Below, in pieces: positions 1 to 12,882 of a DNA stretch of 64,000 nucleotides. The position numbers and the translations under genes were made by a program. This stretch comes from Pelomyxa schiedti (lineage: Eukaryota > Protista > Evosea), in contig JAHLWZ010000824.1 in the NCBI GenBank assembly GCA_020536535.1, positions 1 to 64,000 of the forward strand. The letters run 5' to 3'. The stretch's first letter is position 1. Every line of letters begins with the position of its first letter. The notes beneath the pieces were generated by a model, which did no database searches, was not told where the DNA came from, and saw only the letters and a program-made list of their open reading frames with translations.

Positions 1-181
1 TTGGTTGATGTTTTGTGCGAGACACTCCTTCACTTGTGTGTGAAAACGTTCCATGTCCGCGCTGTTGTGGCTGTTACGTCCGTAATCGATTCGATCACCT
101 CTTATTCTTTGAATTCGATGTACACCGATCTAATCGAATCTGTTGTGATTAGCAACAAAACCTAAACTTTAGAAACGCGAT

Positions 182-206
182 GGTCTGGTGTTTTTTTTAT
201 TTACCC
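182..206. repeat. Solo right arm of the 88-bp inverted-repeat element (family A)
   Basis: GGTCTGGTGTTTTTTTTATTTACCC matches the right arm of the copies at 5846-5933 and 40018-40105. It lies 12 nt upstream of the ATG at 219. Confidence 0.75.
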
Positions 207-218
207 ATATTCTTGTAA

Positions 219-3200
219 ATGCAGGCGTCTCCAACAGGCAGGGGTAAGCGTGGGAGAGGGGGCGGGCGAGGAAGGGGAACGGCAGTGGCGTCTGCTGCTG
301 CAGCTGGGCCCGATGCCCCGACGCAGCGGGGACGAGGAGGCAGGGGCCGCGGGTCGCGGGGCGGCGGCGCAGGGTCCGCCGGGAAGAAAAAGCCGCCGCA
401 GCCAAAGAAGCCCAGGAAGAAGAAGGCCAAGGGAAGCGACGACGAGGACGAGGGCCCGCAGGGGGAAGAAGGAGTGGATTGGGCGTGGGCCACCGACGAG
501 GACGACGACGACTACGACCCCTACGAGGCCGCTGCCCTCGAGGCAGCCGCGGCGTCAGCGTCCGGGGGCGGCCGAGGCTCGTACAGCGGGGGCTCCAGCG
601 ACGAAACATCCGAGGACGAGTTCCACCCGCCAAAGAAGTCCCACAATCAGAAAGGCCACGGTGCCAAATTCCACGATGACGACGAGGAGGAGGACGAGGA
701 CATGAAAAGGGCGCTTGCTGAGAGCATGCGAACTGCTGGTGCAGGGGCAAGTGGCGGCACTGGCCATGTTGGCAATTATGGGAGTGACCGTGGGGGTGGT
801 GATAGCAGCGATGGGGGACGAGACGATGACGATGTTTCTATTCCTGATTATGAGTGTGTTTGTTTCCTGGAAATAGCTCATTCTTTCATTTATATCGTTT
901 TTTGTTGTTGTGGTTGTTTGAGCCAAACAAAATACCACCTTCTTTTTGTTGATTATATGGACATAGGGAAGGAACGGAGTTCCATGAAGGAATCCCAGTT
1001 TGCAAGCATGGTGCCAATTGCTATCGTACCAGCGAGGAACATCGCATGTACTTTGCTTCCTCCACCATAGATTCGCCCTCACCCGAACAAGGCAATTCTA
1101 TCATCCTCCACCGAAGGAGTCATTACCTGTTGTCAAGTCCAGTGTCTCAGCAGAAGGAAATGAAGTAAATGCCCAGGTTGACCAAAAGCTTTCTTCACCA
1201 GCTGCACGTCGAACGTCACAGTTATTCAAAACTAGCAGCTCATCATCGTCCATTGAAATTAATGCAACTCCCGATTCACCTTCACAGCCACAAGAAAACC
1301 AGCAAACTCAACCAGTAGTGCAGCATCTTCAAACACCTCAAGCCCAAGGTTCTGTGGGAAACTTGAAAGAAAAAGACTCTTTTGAAGCACCAATAATTCC
1401 AGACCCAAAACGTTACAGATCTTCTGCAACAGCTGCCGCAATACTAACACAAAAAATATCTTCGCCCACTGCTGCATGCATTGACCCAAAACCTGTTGTT
1501 CCTGATTTACTTCCTGTGCCTCTTCATTCTCTGCAATGCGTGGAGGCCGATTTTGAGCTTCCAGGGAGTTACAATGATATTTGGGACTGTACGTTATTGT
1601 TGACTTGTTGCTTGATCATTGGATTGCTTACATGTTTGCAGCAGAGCATGTGCAAATGCCTTGTTCCAAGAAGAGCACATATATGAAGAGAGATTATACT
1701 GGTGCTGTTGAGCATGCTCTGTGGCGCTGGTATTTAATTCAGGCAGTGTACCGTTGGGGTCCTATTGAATCCCTGAGCCAATTTCAGGCACACCAACCCT
1801 TGAATGAAGGAAATTATAATTTATTCCTCGTACTACTAGGATGCAATTTCCTCCTACTTTCCAGAAGCATTGCATTTCCCCTTCTTGAAAATTTTCTTCC
1901 AAAAGAGGGCCACACCTCAGGAAACAATAACCTTCTTCCAGTAAGTACACAAAGTTAATAATGAAACAACATATGAAGCTAGTCCAGACTTTTTTTTTAA
2001 AAGAGCACTCTAGTTCCACTCTCTCTGGCATTATTGCGTTGGCACTTGAACTTCCCCGCATCTTTCAGTGCCCTCTTCCACTTCTTTCTAAATTGGTATT
2101 CATATTCGAATCAAAATTTCCTGCTTAAAAAACTGACCATCATTTAGGGTGGCACCAAAACTGCAACACTGACACGAAAACAAATTGCATCTTTACTTGC
2201 AAATTCTTTTCTTTGCACCTTTCCTCAAGGTAGTAGTGGAGGTAGGTGGTGGAGCACCTGCATTTTTTTTTTTCACAAGTCTCAACCCTGTGAACAGAGA
2301 GCAGCCTCAAAAACAATTTCAACTGGTTTTACAATTCATTTGGATTGGTGAATGCAGATTCCTGTGAAGGGCAGTTTCGGTGTCTGCTTTCCTACTTCGA
2401 GTCAATCAAATCGGCCAGCACTGGTATGTGCAAGAAACATATTTTCTCTCACTAAGTTGGTGGAAATCCAAAGAATTCCTCTCTGAAACGGTTACATTCA
2501 CCTTGCATTCATCAGAACCGACAGACTGGGCAAAAAGTGTCAAAACTTTTGCACCTGTTCACATTCGTGAAGATACCCCCTTGGACCAATCTGTGGAGTC
2601 GTCGATCATTGCACACTTCTCGACAGCAGGTTAAACTTTCGTACATGGCACCAAGAAACCTAAAACTAGTTAACCCCAGAGTCCAAGGAGGACCTTCCTC
2701 AGGTTCTTTTTCTTTTCTCTTCATTATTGATGCATTAATACCCAGCTAGATTTCTTGTGGCAGTTTATTCTTTGCAATGCCCGAGCTCTTTCTTCTACCT
2801 TTGCTAAGTAGGTGCACTTCGACACTTGACTGCGTTTTTGTTGAAGGGGGTAGGAGATGGTGCAACTGCAAAATCGAACAAAACCACATTGTATTTGTTG
2901 AAGGATGCTCAAGTTACCCCAAACTGTACTGTATTCCCCGAATCTCTTTGGAAGGAGGCTTTAACATCTATTTTCTCATGCAGAGATGTAGTGGCAATTC
3001 CCGCTGTACGTTTTACAGATACTTCGGGAACAAATCAATATCAACATGAGCGATTGCTTCACAACCTGAACATGTTATACAGTGCATTCAGTGCTTCAGC
3101 CAAAAAGCATTTGCCAGTGCACACCGGGTTTATTCCTCATTCATTAATTAACTTTCTGACAACAGCAACAACTTTGAATGGCTCACACAAAAAACCAGAA

Positions 3201-3644
3201 ATTGTAAGTGTCTCTTCTCTCCCAGTGTGGCATTACCAGATTATTAACTTACTTCTAGGGGAATGTGGAACATCCAAAAGTAGCATGGAATACATGGATT
3301 TGAAAGCTGTTCTTCAACTAATGGCTGCCGCTCAGGCTGAAAGGAGACTCAGGTCTTTTTTGTCTTCTGTTAGAAATATGTATTTTCATCCCACACCCAA
3401 CAAGTTACCACACTGGGCAAATACCAGGACTGGGCCAGATGTTGGACGAATTGGCCTCCATTTTACACTCAAAACATGTTACAGTTGGTCTGTTCAACAC
3501 ACTACATAATGTTTTTGAATGTCGTTGGATTAACTCCTCTCAAAAGGTCAAGTTTGGAGTCAATTGGCCGACATTGAACACAACAACCCAGACCCCACAT
3601 CCCCTCCTCAACTTTTCACTGTTCTTGCTGATCTCTTTGAGTAA
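219..3644 (+). CDS. Multi-exon poly(ADP-ribose) glycohydrolase (PARG)-like protein with acidic/RGG N-terminus, UIM-like motif and PBZ zinc finger
   Basis: Spliced PBZ CKHGANCYRTSEEHRMQFYHP (~1000-1110) and UIM-like EDEDMKRALAESMR. PARG-like blocks: IIALALELPRIFQCPLPLL, FFAMPELFLLPLL, DVVAIPAVRF..QYQHERLLHNLNMLYSAF, PVHTG, LQLMAAAQAERRL, LHSKHVTVG. Stop TAA at 3642-3644. Confidence 0.8.
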
Positions 3645-4541
3645 AATAAAGCCATTTTTAAACCGCCGTCACATCTACACAAGTTATCTGCAGGACTTGG
3701 ACAAGCACCAAACAAGATAGACAGCTAACACCATCGATGCAAAAGAACCACTACATCTCGTTTGCCACCGCCGCCGATGCCGCGGCAGCCGCAGCGGCTC
3801 GCCTCTCACACCCCGTCAAGAACAGCCTGGCATCGGCGGTGGCAAACGAGATGCAGTGGTCCTTTACATCGATGGTGTTTCCCTGTCTATCTCGTTTGGT
3901 GCTTAGCCTGTTGCAACCAGCCTGCCACTACCTCAAGGCCATGGGCGGCCAGGGGGCCCTGCCGCCCCGCCAGGAGCCCACAAGAGCATGAGCGTCTACC
4001 CTCCTCCCCCTCCTCCACCTCCGCCCCTTCCCCTCCCGCGTGGCCCTGTGCACCGTCTTCCCCCTGGTCCCCCGGTTGCGCTTCGTCGTCCTCCTCGTTG
4101 CGCCCTTGCTCCTCCGCCTCCATCGGCTCCTCCTGCCACGAATGTCCCCCTCTCCTCCCTCTACATACACCCCCATTGTACATTCAACAGACACGATTGA
4201 TGTCCGCCATCCTCACACTCACAACCACAACCAGGACAAACAGGATGCTGCAGCACACCACATCATGGACCAGCACCAAATCGTAATAAGCAGCTACAAC
4301 AACAGGAACAACAACCCACAACGGTGTGTATTTCCACCTCATTTTTTAAAAAACTTCCACAGTGGGGTGGCCTAATTAATAATTAAATGCAGGGCAAAAG
4401 AGGCCTCCGCAGCAGAATTCGGCAGCGCAGCTAGGCTACCCAGAACCCCCAGGTTGTCACTCGCCTCCTCTTTTCATATTCCGACTGACAATATATTTGT
4501 TTTCCAAACAGCTCCGAAGAAGCCCTCAACAGTTCATTCTT

Positions 4542-4591
4542 CAGCAGCTGTTCAAGGTGATCCCTCAGCAGATGTTCCAGGTGATCCCTCA
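4542..4591 (+). repeat. 24-bp tandem repeat, about two copies
   Basis: CAGCAGCTGTTCAAGGTGATCCCT followed by CAGCAGATGTTCCAGGTGATCCCT. Confidence 0.75.
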
Positions 4592-4599
4592 GTCCAACC

Positions 4600-5573
4600 A
4601 ACCCACAAATTTTTCCATTATCCAAGAATTAACAATCAAAAAAAGGATTCGTTTTGCTGATGGGAAACATCGATGCCTTCAGTGGTACAAATAATGAATA
4701 TATTGCCGATAAGGAGGAACTGTTTGAATTCCATGTGTACTGGCTACAAAGGGAAAAAAACACCAAGGGCTACTGGACTTACACCAATTGTCTCCCACTG
4801 ATAGTTTTTTCTCCTTAAACAGGGGAAACCATGAGTGCACTGCACAAAGCCGAAGAGGTGGACATCTTGAATGTCTGGAACTTCTGTTTGGGAAAGAAAA
4901 AGGGAATACACTGATGGAAATTTGTGAGGCACTGTTCCGCCAACTACCACTAGCCACGCTGGTGAAGTTCCCTGCGTCGAACGACAATAAACCTATATTC
5001 GTAGTGCATGGGGTATTTCTGCAGGGACAACTTTGGAAGAGATACCACGGCAGATACGGCAATTCTTGTGAGTTACATACAAATTCAAAAACAAACTACT
5101 CTCTCCTCATTTCTAAAACTTATCTATATACACAGATGAAACCGACCTCTTGCGATCCCTTCTATAGAGCAGCCCCGGCACACTCTGGAATGCACCAATC
5201 TACCGAGCGCCAGGGCGTGGACTTATTCGGACCGGATGTCACGCAGAATTTCTTTGAGAGAACTGGGTGCTCGCACAGAATCCGCAGTCACGATGTTACC
5301 GTGCACCCCTGTGACTATCACCATGGCGGGAAGGTAATTACGATTTTCAGTTCTGGTGAACAGAGCAGTAAGCCTCATTTTCTGACCATCACGGGTGACA
5401 AGATTATGACCCCAGTTCCAATTCCCGGTGCCAACAAAACGGAGAACCTGTGGCGAGCAATCAAGGAGAGACGGGACTGTGGTAATAACCTTCCATCACC
5501 TCAACAACCTCAACAACCGCAACAGCCACAACAACTCAGTGTTCAGCAGCACAACAAAAACAAAGCTGAATAA
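4600..5573 (+). pseudogene. Degenerate PPP-family Ser/Thr phosphatase (PP5/PP7-like), probably a pseudogene or pseudophosphatase
   Basis: LNRGNHE, LPLATLV, IFVVHG, FGPDVTQNFFERTG..IRSHD and HGGKVITIFS are present. No intact GDxHG or GDxVDRG could be read upstream, and SAPNY is lost. The 5' end is unclear. Confidence 0.65.
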
Positions 5574-5845
5574 AACCCTGACCCCCAAACAAACGAATCA
5601 AGCCCAAAAAAACAACCCCACACCAATAACCATTGCTTCTCTCTCCTTGAGAGGGATGGAAGTTTGATCACCAACAGCACCAACAGCAACCTTGGACTGC
5701 CAGCACTCAATTCCTAATCGCAGTTGACACCTCCGGCATTGTGTTGGGCCAGACACCCACCTCCAGCAACATTGAAGGCCCGGCACCTCCCCCTGTGCCT
5801 TCGAAGGTTACTATTCTCACAAAACATATTGGGGTTTTCCGATTT

Positions 5846-5933
5846 GGGTGAATAAAATAATCAACAGACCGAACGCTGTCCTTTTCCTTATCGTCGCTCA
5901 GGATCGGCTGTCTGGTGTTTTTTTTATTCACCC
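5846..5933. repeat. 88-bp inverted-repeat (MITE-like or hairpin) element, family A
   Basis: Arms GGGTGAATAAAATAATCAACAGAC ... GTCTGGTGTTTTTTTTATTCACCC, flanked on both sides by ATTT. Homologous to 40018-40105. Confidence 0.85.
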
Positions 5934-6084
5934 ATTTGATGATGTTTGCGGCATTGTACGTTTCAGTCGTGTGGTGTTTCGTGAATGGAGGGTAGCCTTG
6001 TTTTTGCTTTTTTGCACAGCAAGTTTCATAGAAACAACATGGTGTTCACAGTGAGCCAAATGCGTTGTCATTTGCGCGGCGCAC

Positions 6085-8581
6085 CTAGCACCAGGCACCT
6101 TGAGGAGGAAGAACAATTTTCTTCCCATGTAGGCCACCCATTGAGCCTGTTTTCGAGTCAGTTATGTGGGAGAAGAGAGGTGACAATAATACCGGTGTTG
6201 TCGTTCATCATGGAATAGACAGGGTGTGGTGTTGTTACGGTGGTGCGGGTTGTCCTAGCAGCTGGTAGTGTCCTCTGACCGTAGTACGAAGCGGGAGGCG
6301 GTGAGAACACTTCGGAAACTCGGTGTGAGGTGACTTCAGAGCCCTCACGGATTTCCATCTGCACTCTTTAAGTTAGAGCAACAAAAAGTGTATGAGTTGT
6401 CTCCATACAGTTTTGGATAAGGAAATCCCGTTTTGGGTAACTGCTGATACAGCTGTTGGCTTGACAGTAGAATACACCATGCGTAGTCTAGGTGGAGATT
6501 TGTCGGGACAACAATAAATGAACACTAGATAGAAACAGTTATTATGAAAGCTTTCGTGTATAAGGAGATGTACAGTTTTGGATTACTCCACCAGACTGAT
6601 TATGCTTAAATAGGTAAAATCGGGGTTCCTGTTGGCTGATTCGTTGAGGTAACTCGGTGAAAGTGCATGTGGAAGTGTTGCTTGCCTCAATAACTTCAGA
6701 GGGCTGGGTCAATATCCTCTCATAAGCGTTAGACTTACTACCTCAGACAATTCAAAAAAAGACTTACTAGTTCGATAAAGTTAATGGATCCTTCCTGGTA
6801 CATAGAAAATGCTTGTGTGACATTCGGTGCAATGGGTAATTTAACTGCATGGTATCCACCTATTCCATCTACTTTTATATGTTCATCCTGCCGTCTCTCA
6901 GGGGTAGACAGGCCATGCGTTTGTGAAGATGCAGGACCAAGATTTCTGCTTTGGTTTGTTGATTCCACAGCTTTTCACAATGTCAAGGTCGTGGAATTTT
7001 GGGACTACTACCATTTGGCGATCCCGACTCAAATGAAGCACAGAGACTGCTGACACTTGAGGCATTGGATCTGTTGTAGTTCTGTTTCACCCCCGTTGCT
7101 GCGACGCTGTCAACACAACTTCAAGAATGTAAATAGAGAAATTTACTTGGGGAGAAAGAGGGTCCTGTTCCTAATTTGCCAGTTGGAGTTGGCCGTATTA
7201 TGGTGGAGGTTGACTTCGTTGCAGAAGGTTTGACAGTTACTTTTGTGGTTGAAGGTGAAGTTGAGGTTGACGGTGAAGGTGAAGGTGAAGGTGAAGGCGA
7301 ATGTGCAGGTGAATGTGCAGTTGGAGTTGACGATGAAGAGTTAGTGGTAATGGTCTCTGTGCTGTGATTTGTGGTAATATCAGGCTCAGTTTGGGCGTTA
7401 AATTGTTCTTCCGATTGAGTGGCTGTTGTCACTGGGGTGGACTCTATAATTGACGTTTGGGGGCTTTCTGATGAAACAGCAGCTTCGGGTTTTTCTGTCG
7501 GCAAAGGTTCTGTTGGTGTAGAAGAGGTTATCGTTGAGGATGGTGTGGTGGTATCTGTCAATGTGGAGGGGGATGCGTTAGCCGTGGGTCGAGTGGATGC
7601 TGGAGAGGTTGATGCTGTTGAAGAGGGAGAGGTTCGGGAAACTGGTGAAGATTTATTTGGAATGGAGGGGAGGGCGCGAGCGCGAGAAACGGTCTCTGGA
7701 CAATTTATTTATGAACAGTGTCCAATAGGAAGAGACATACCTCTGTGAGCTTCTTCTTGCTCATTCCTTGCAGTCTCTTCCATTTTATCCTGGCTACATG
7801 TAAGAATAATTTCTGAAAGAAAGGCAGAAACAAGTTCCATCAGATGCTTCTCCCTTTTGCTGAAACATTTTTGTTGCTGTTTTGCTGCTGTATGTGACGC
7901 CCAGTTAAAATCCTTTGTAAAATGAATATGAATGAGGGATGAGAAATGTTACCTGCGGTTGACCAAAATGCAGTTCCTCGGTGAAATTTGTTGCTCCAAG
8001 CTGTGACTTGAGTGGGGCAACAGTAGCGGCATATACCAGTTTTTCTTGTGTCTGAGGAACTTTGTTGAGTGCAGAACGTCAGTAAGGCAACATACTCGAG
8101 CACCTTCAGGAACATATAATACGAATATCCAACTGGTACTTGTTTTTTTGAAAAGTACGTAACAAGGTGCTGTGCCAGATACAACCCCACTCAATTTATT
8201 GAAATCTATTGGACAAAGAGATTGGCGGGCTTTTTTTGAGAATTTTTAAAATTGACCTGTTTCTATGGAACTAGACTGTTCCAATGTGGAACCAAGCACA
8301 AGTACTTCTAGTAGTTAGTGAGCTTACACAGCAAAACAAATGGATTACAACACCGTTCTGAATAACGACCTTGATAGCCCTGATTTGGGTACTTGGCACA
8401 TTCATCAACTGCGTCTGTTCTCTCCATACAGATCGCACCTGATCCGACACTACAGCAATAAGAAAAGCCAAACAATAGTATTCAAGAACACAACATCCAC
8501 GTGGATCTCCGCAATACTACGACGCCCCCACAACAACAACTACATCAACTCACCGGGTATACGGGTGGCTGTAGAGGACAT
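6085..8581 (-). CDS. Twinfilin-like protein: two ADF-H domains with a long Ser/Thr/Pro linker
   Basis: ADF-H1: VSDQVRSVWREQ..IRAIKVVIQN and WIFVLYVPEGARV. ADF-H2: VKLPIAPNVTQAFSMYQEGSINFIEL, FTELPQRISQQEPRFY and LVFIYCCPDKSPPRLRMVYSTVK. Last exon KKIVLPPQGAWC*. ATG at 8581 is followed by a GTGAGT intron. Confidence 0.8.
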
Positions 8582-8695
8582 TCGTTTATTTGTTTGTATT
8601 TTTTTTTCCAGATTTTGAAGCGAAAGGGTTCATCAAATTTAGGCGAAGGCCAGAGCAGATCGATTGGCGATCTGTGGACTGGGACGCCCGAAGTA

Positions 8696-11600
8696 TCAGA
8701 GGGAGCAATTCGACCGAATGAAGGCGGAGCCAGCAGATTCCCACTTTGTGAGTTTCTCGCCCAGTTGGCACAATTGCTCCTCGGCCCATGATTCTGCTTT
8801 GCCACTCAGCATCTGCCACTCAGCCTCAAGATCGCTCAGATATTCCTGAAGGAACGCTGCATGTGGTGTGGCACAAATGTTAGCGAGATAGTCTAAAAAG
8901 GCTATGAATGAACCAAACTAACCTATAACAAGCAAGGTTGCCCAGATTTCCTCTACGCGGGGCTTGGACTTGTCACCAGTTGGAACAGCACCGGAAACTT
9001 TGGATTTGGTAGTTCCAAGCAAAGTGCACACCTCTTCAGATGAATCCCATGATCCATCCGCACGCTGAAGCAGCACAATCCTTTGCATTGTGGTCCGCTT
9101 GTCACGCGGAGGCTTTGGTGCAACAGGTTGCAGCTGCTCCTGCTGTAATTGTGGTTGTGATTGTGATTGTGGCTGCAGTGTTGATAAGTCATTTGCTTCT
9201 CCATCCAGTTCTGGTTGTTCCATCTTGCACCTTGCGGGAACGGCCACCTCGAACTTAGCACAGCATCTTGCTGATTCTGTACAAGAGGCAGCAACTGGAG
9301 CTGGGGGCGGCATGGCTTGCCGTCTCAATTCTGGACTAGCAGAGCAACTGGAGAGAGAAGCTGTGGAGCTTACATGGGCAGCAGTATGGGGTTTACTGGA
9401 TGAGCTAGGTGATGACATGGCACTAGAGAGCGTGCTTGAAATCTTGTCGAATATAGAACCAAAGAATGAAGGACCGGAATTGCGCCTGAGGTTGGCGGCT
9501 GATTTTTTAAATGCTATAGAGTTATTTTGAAGCTCTTCCGTCTCTACCAGGAGGTCCAGCTTTTCGCCCCTTGAGAGCATCGAGTCAATGTTATCCGCCA
9601 TAATGCTCTTCACTTCTTCAAGATCAGCTTGAATCTCCCTTATTCTGCCGGAGATAAATGATAGGTATTTTATATTTTATCTCACCGTTCACTGTCGTCT
9701 CGCGATTTCGAAGCTGTGTGGGGGGATAATGATCTGTATCTTTCAGATGAACTGGAATACGAAGAGGTCGGGGATCTCGGAGAGGAAGAAAATTGTGCTA
9801 GCGGCGGCACAAAGGCAGAGTACAAAGGAGAATTTAAGTCAACTTGCACCATTGTGGTATCTACAGCTTGGCTGCGCTTCTCTATGCATATAAAAGATGT
9901 CAGACTACTCATCACACCATATTTGCATGACAAATCGATAATTTGTTGCTTTTTCTCCTGAGTAGTGCCTGTTTGCCCTGGACTGTGCTCAAGTTCTTTA
10001 ATTCCCTCCCTTTTTGGTTGTTAGACCAGAAGTGGAAGTTCAAGCCACCAACCTAGCTCCCAGACAATGCAATTTGTCACCTTCCGATATTTGAATCGTG
10101 TTGAGATCCACTGAGAATGAAAAAGGCTCTCCATTTAGATCCCCTGATAGGGATAAAGATTCTCCAGATAAATCATGCCTATTTTGTGTCAAATAAGGAG
10201 AGGAGCCAAGGTTGATACCTGCTCTTAGTGAACGCATAAAGCATTGATGTCTCTCTGTTGTGCAAAACAGGAGCCCCGGGGTACTGGGTGAATACAGGAA
10301 TGTTCCCCCATTTGATCTGTACATCTGTCATCCGCCCTTCCATAATTCCTCTCAGTAGTCCCATCACCTTAGTCTCAATTCTTTCTCCTCCAAAAACAAA
10401 ATCAGAAATCCCACCACCATTCTTCGCTAAGCCATTCACCAAAGATTGGGAGCAATCACTCCCAATTCCAAGGGAGAATACAGTACTTCTTTCGGAATTT
10501 TCGCGTCCTGAAACTACTCTCAGAACAGAGTCTGTATCTGAAACTTCTCCATCAGTAATTACAATGACCTTTCTGAACCAAGGTATCAGTAACTTCAAAA
10601 GATGTTGGACAAAGACCGAGTGTGTGTCTCAGGAAGTGGAATAGAAAGAGTTTCAATGAGTGGGGCCAGTAGCTCTGTTCCGCCCAAGTCTGCATCCATT
10701 CTTTCCACTTGACTTGTCGCGTCAGTCAACATCTCTTGGGAATAAGTTTGAGCTGCTGGAAACATGCATTCATGTGTGGACCCAAATCTATAGAAAGAAT
10801 AAGCGAAAATATTGAACAAATGGAATATTGGAAAAAGATTGTAATCACCCAATAATATTCACTAGAGTTCCAAGCTACAAAAGCTCTTATAAGATGCAAA
10901 AGTAGTACTAGGAAGAAACAAACTGGAATAGAACGAAGGAACAATTGCAAGGCAGCTTTGGCTTGGGTAATCTTTGAACCACCCATGGAGCCACTTCTAT
11001 CAACAAGAAAGATCTATTGTAGTACTTTCAGTCCTATTGGGAAAATGTGGAAAAAAAACCAGTTCCGTTTCACTAGGTTGATTCGTTTTAGTGGAGATAT
11101 CTGGGCTAATTACAGCAGCCAGGCACATAGTGTCATGACGAGGACTGTATTCACCATAGGCACTAATTGCGGCACTCCCAACTACGTTAAGAACCAAGGC
11201 GAATTCGGCTGAGGTGGATCCCGAGTATGTAATAATAGCATACCCTGGCTTGCTTCCCCGTGATATCTGAATGAACTGTTAGAATTTTATGGTTGATTGA
11301 AAAAGAACTTCAATATCTGGATGTGTTGTAGACTCTATTTCCATAGATGCACACTCAATATCTTTATAAAGTGGAAAATGAAAATAGCTGTTAGTCTCGA
11401 TTGGATGTGCTTATTTTTACCAGTCTCGAAATTGATAGACAGAGAACCGCAAGACGAGCCATCAAAAGATCCAGGCACTACTTAGTTTTAGCGGCGTTGG
11501 AAGAGGTCAGTGTGACAAATACTTGACTTGGCTGGGATAGAAAAGCGGCGTGTTTGACATGATTTAAGATTCTTCAATTGCAGTTGCTGTAAGCAAGAAA

Positions 11601-12618
11601 GTTCGATAGAGACATTGGACCCAGGTGAAACGCAACCAAGGGAAAGCTTGAGAATATCTTCTTTATCCTCCTCTAAAAGATAGGCTCCGTTTCCAGAAGC
11701 TATTGCATCATCATACCTAATTTCTACAATGAGTTGAGGACGCATTGATTGAGGAAATACTCACTTTGCCGCTGCTTTCGCCTTCTCCTGGCACGTGCCA
11801 ACGATGGTTTTTCCGTCAATAGTGGCAGATAGCCCACATATGGTTGCCTGATCACTCACAGGAAAGGCAAAAACAACTTCCAGGTAGTCCTTAGATGTGT
11901 TCGCAAAGGTATATGTTATTGTATATGTTGTGACAAGGCCAACTATCTTTCCTTTTATGGCAGTTGTCTGTACAGGGAGGATAATTTGGGAGCCAATTGT
12001 CTCCCAGTCTTCCTCATCACTAACTGGCGATGTCTCTGTTGTGCTGATAGAAGGAACAGATTCCAGAGCGCCTCCTGGTGCAGTTGTAGTTGCAGTTTCA
12101 AGTGACGTGGATGCCGCAGTTGCACGTTTTGTCGCCCTGGAGCGAGGAATGACTTCACCCCTCAAACCTATCCAACGCGGGATAGCTGACAAAATCTGAA
12201 CCAGAGGGGAGACCGGCGGCAGTGCCAGCGTCGCACTAGCACTTGCAACTGGACTTGGAGCAGATTTAGCGGAATCGGAGGAATCAGGTTGGGCTGCGCC
12301 ATTGAGAACCCCGTCGATGAAAGCGAACGCGGACTGGGGAGTAGGTCCTCCGCACTGACGGACGGCACATGCGCAACCGAATTGGCCTCTCCTCTCGAAG
12401 TGTATAACAGATAGTAACTTGTCACTGGGAATAGAGTATGTAAATTTGCCTTGTTGTTTGGTCTTGGCAGCGATTGTGCGGCTCGTTTCTGATAAAGAGG
12501 TGGACCCGGTTTGCTTCACTATTGTTACAGTTTCGCTGTGTTGTTTTTCTGTCGAGGATGCACTACCCGGTTTTGGTGTGTAAGCAAAGTGCCCCCAATA
12601 CAATACACCGTAAGACAT
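8696..12618 (-). CDS. VIT-vWA (VWA5A/PARP4-like) protein with an N-terminal longin-like segment and an internal R-SNARE motif
   Basis: VIT: YTFANTSKDYLEVVFAFPVSDQATICGLSATIDGKTIVGTCQEKAKA. vWA MIDAS elements: FLVDRSGSMGGSKITQAKAALQLFLRSIP, ADLGGTEL, VITDGEV, FSLGIG. SNARE: RIREIQADLEEVKSIMADNIDSMLSRGEKLDLL. VWA5-type tail: LLQRADGSW..WATLLVI. Confidence 0.88.
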
Positions 12619-12882
12619 TCTTTTGTATTATCGAGTACGTTGTATCGGGTGCCGGCGTATTTAACGGTTGGCCAACGAATGGTTTCTCGATGGATACTAA
12701 GAATTGAACAAAAAGGGGGTGGCACCGAGAACCCTCTCCTACAATCAACTGTCCCACTTCGGTAAAACGCAGTACGCTTAGTACAACACAGTAAGAAAAC
12801 GGATGGTGCATCGATGAGCCTGGTCCCGGGAATTGGTCCTTTGAGAGTCTAGGATCTTGAAAAAAAAACAAAAAAGCCGAAA

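Noticed and set aside
1530-1690. Initial reading as HPF1 because of the PBZ finger
   Set aside because: Multiple downstream blocks match PARG instead.
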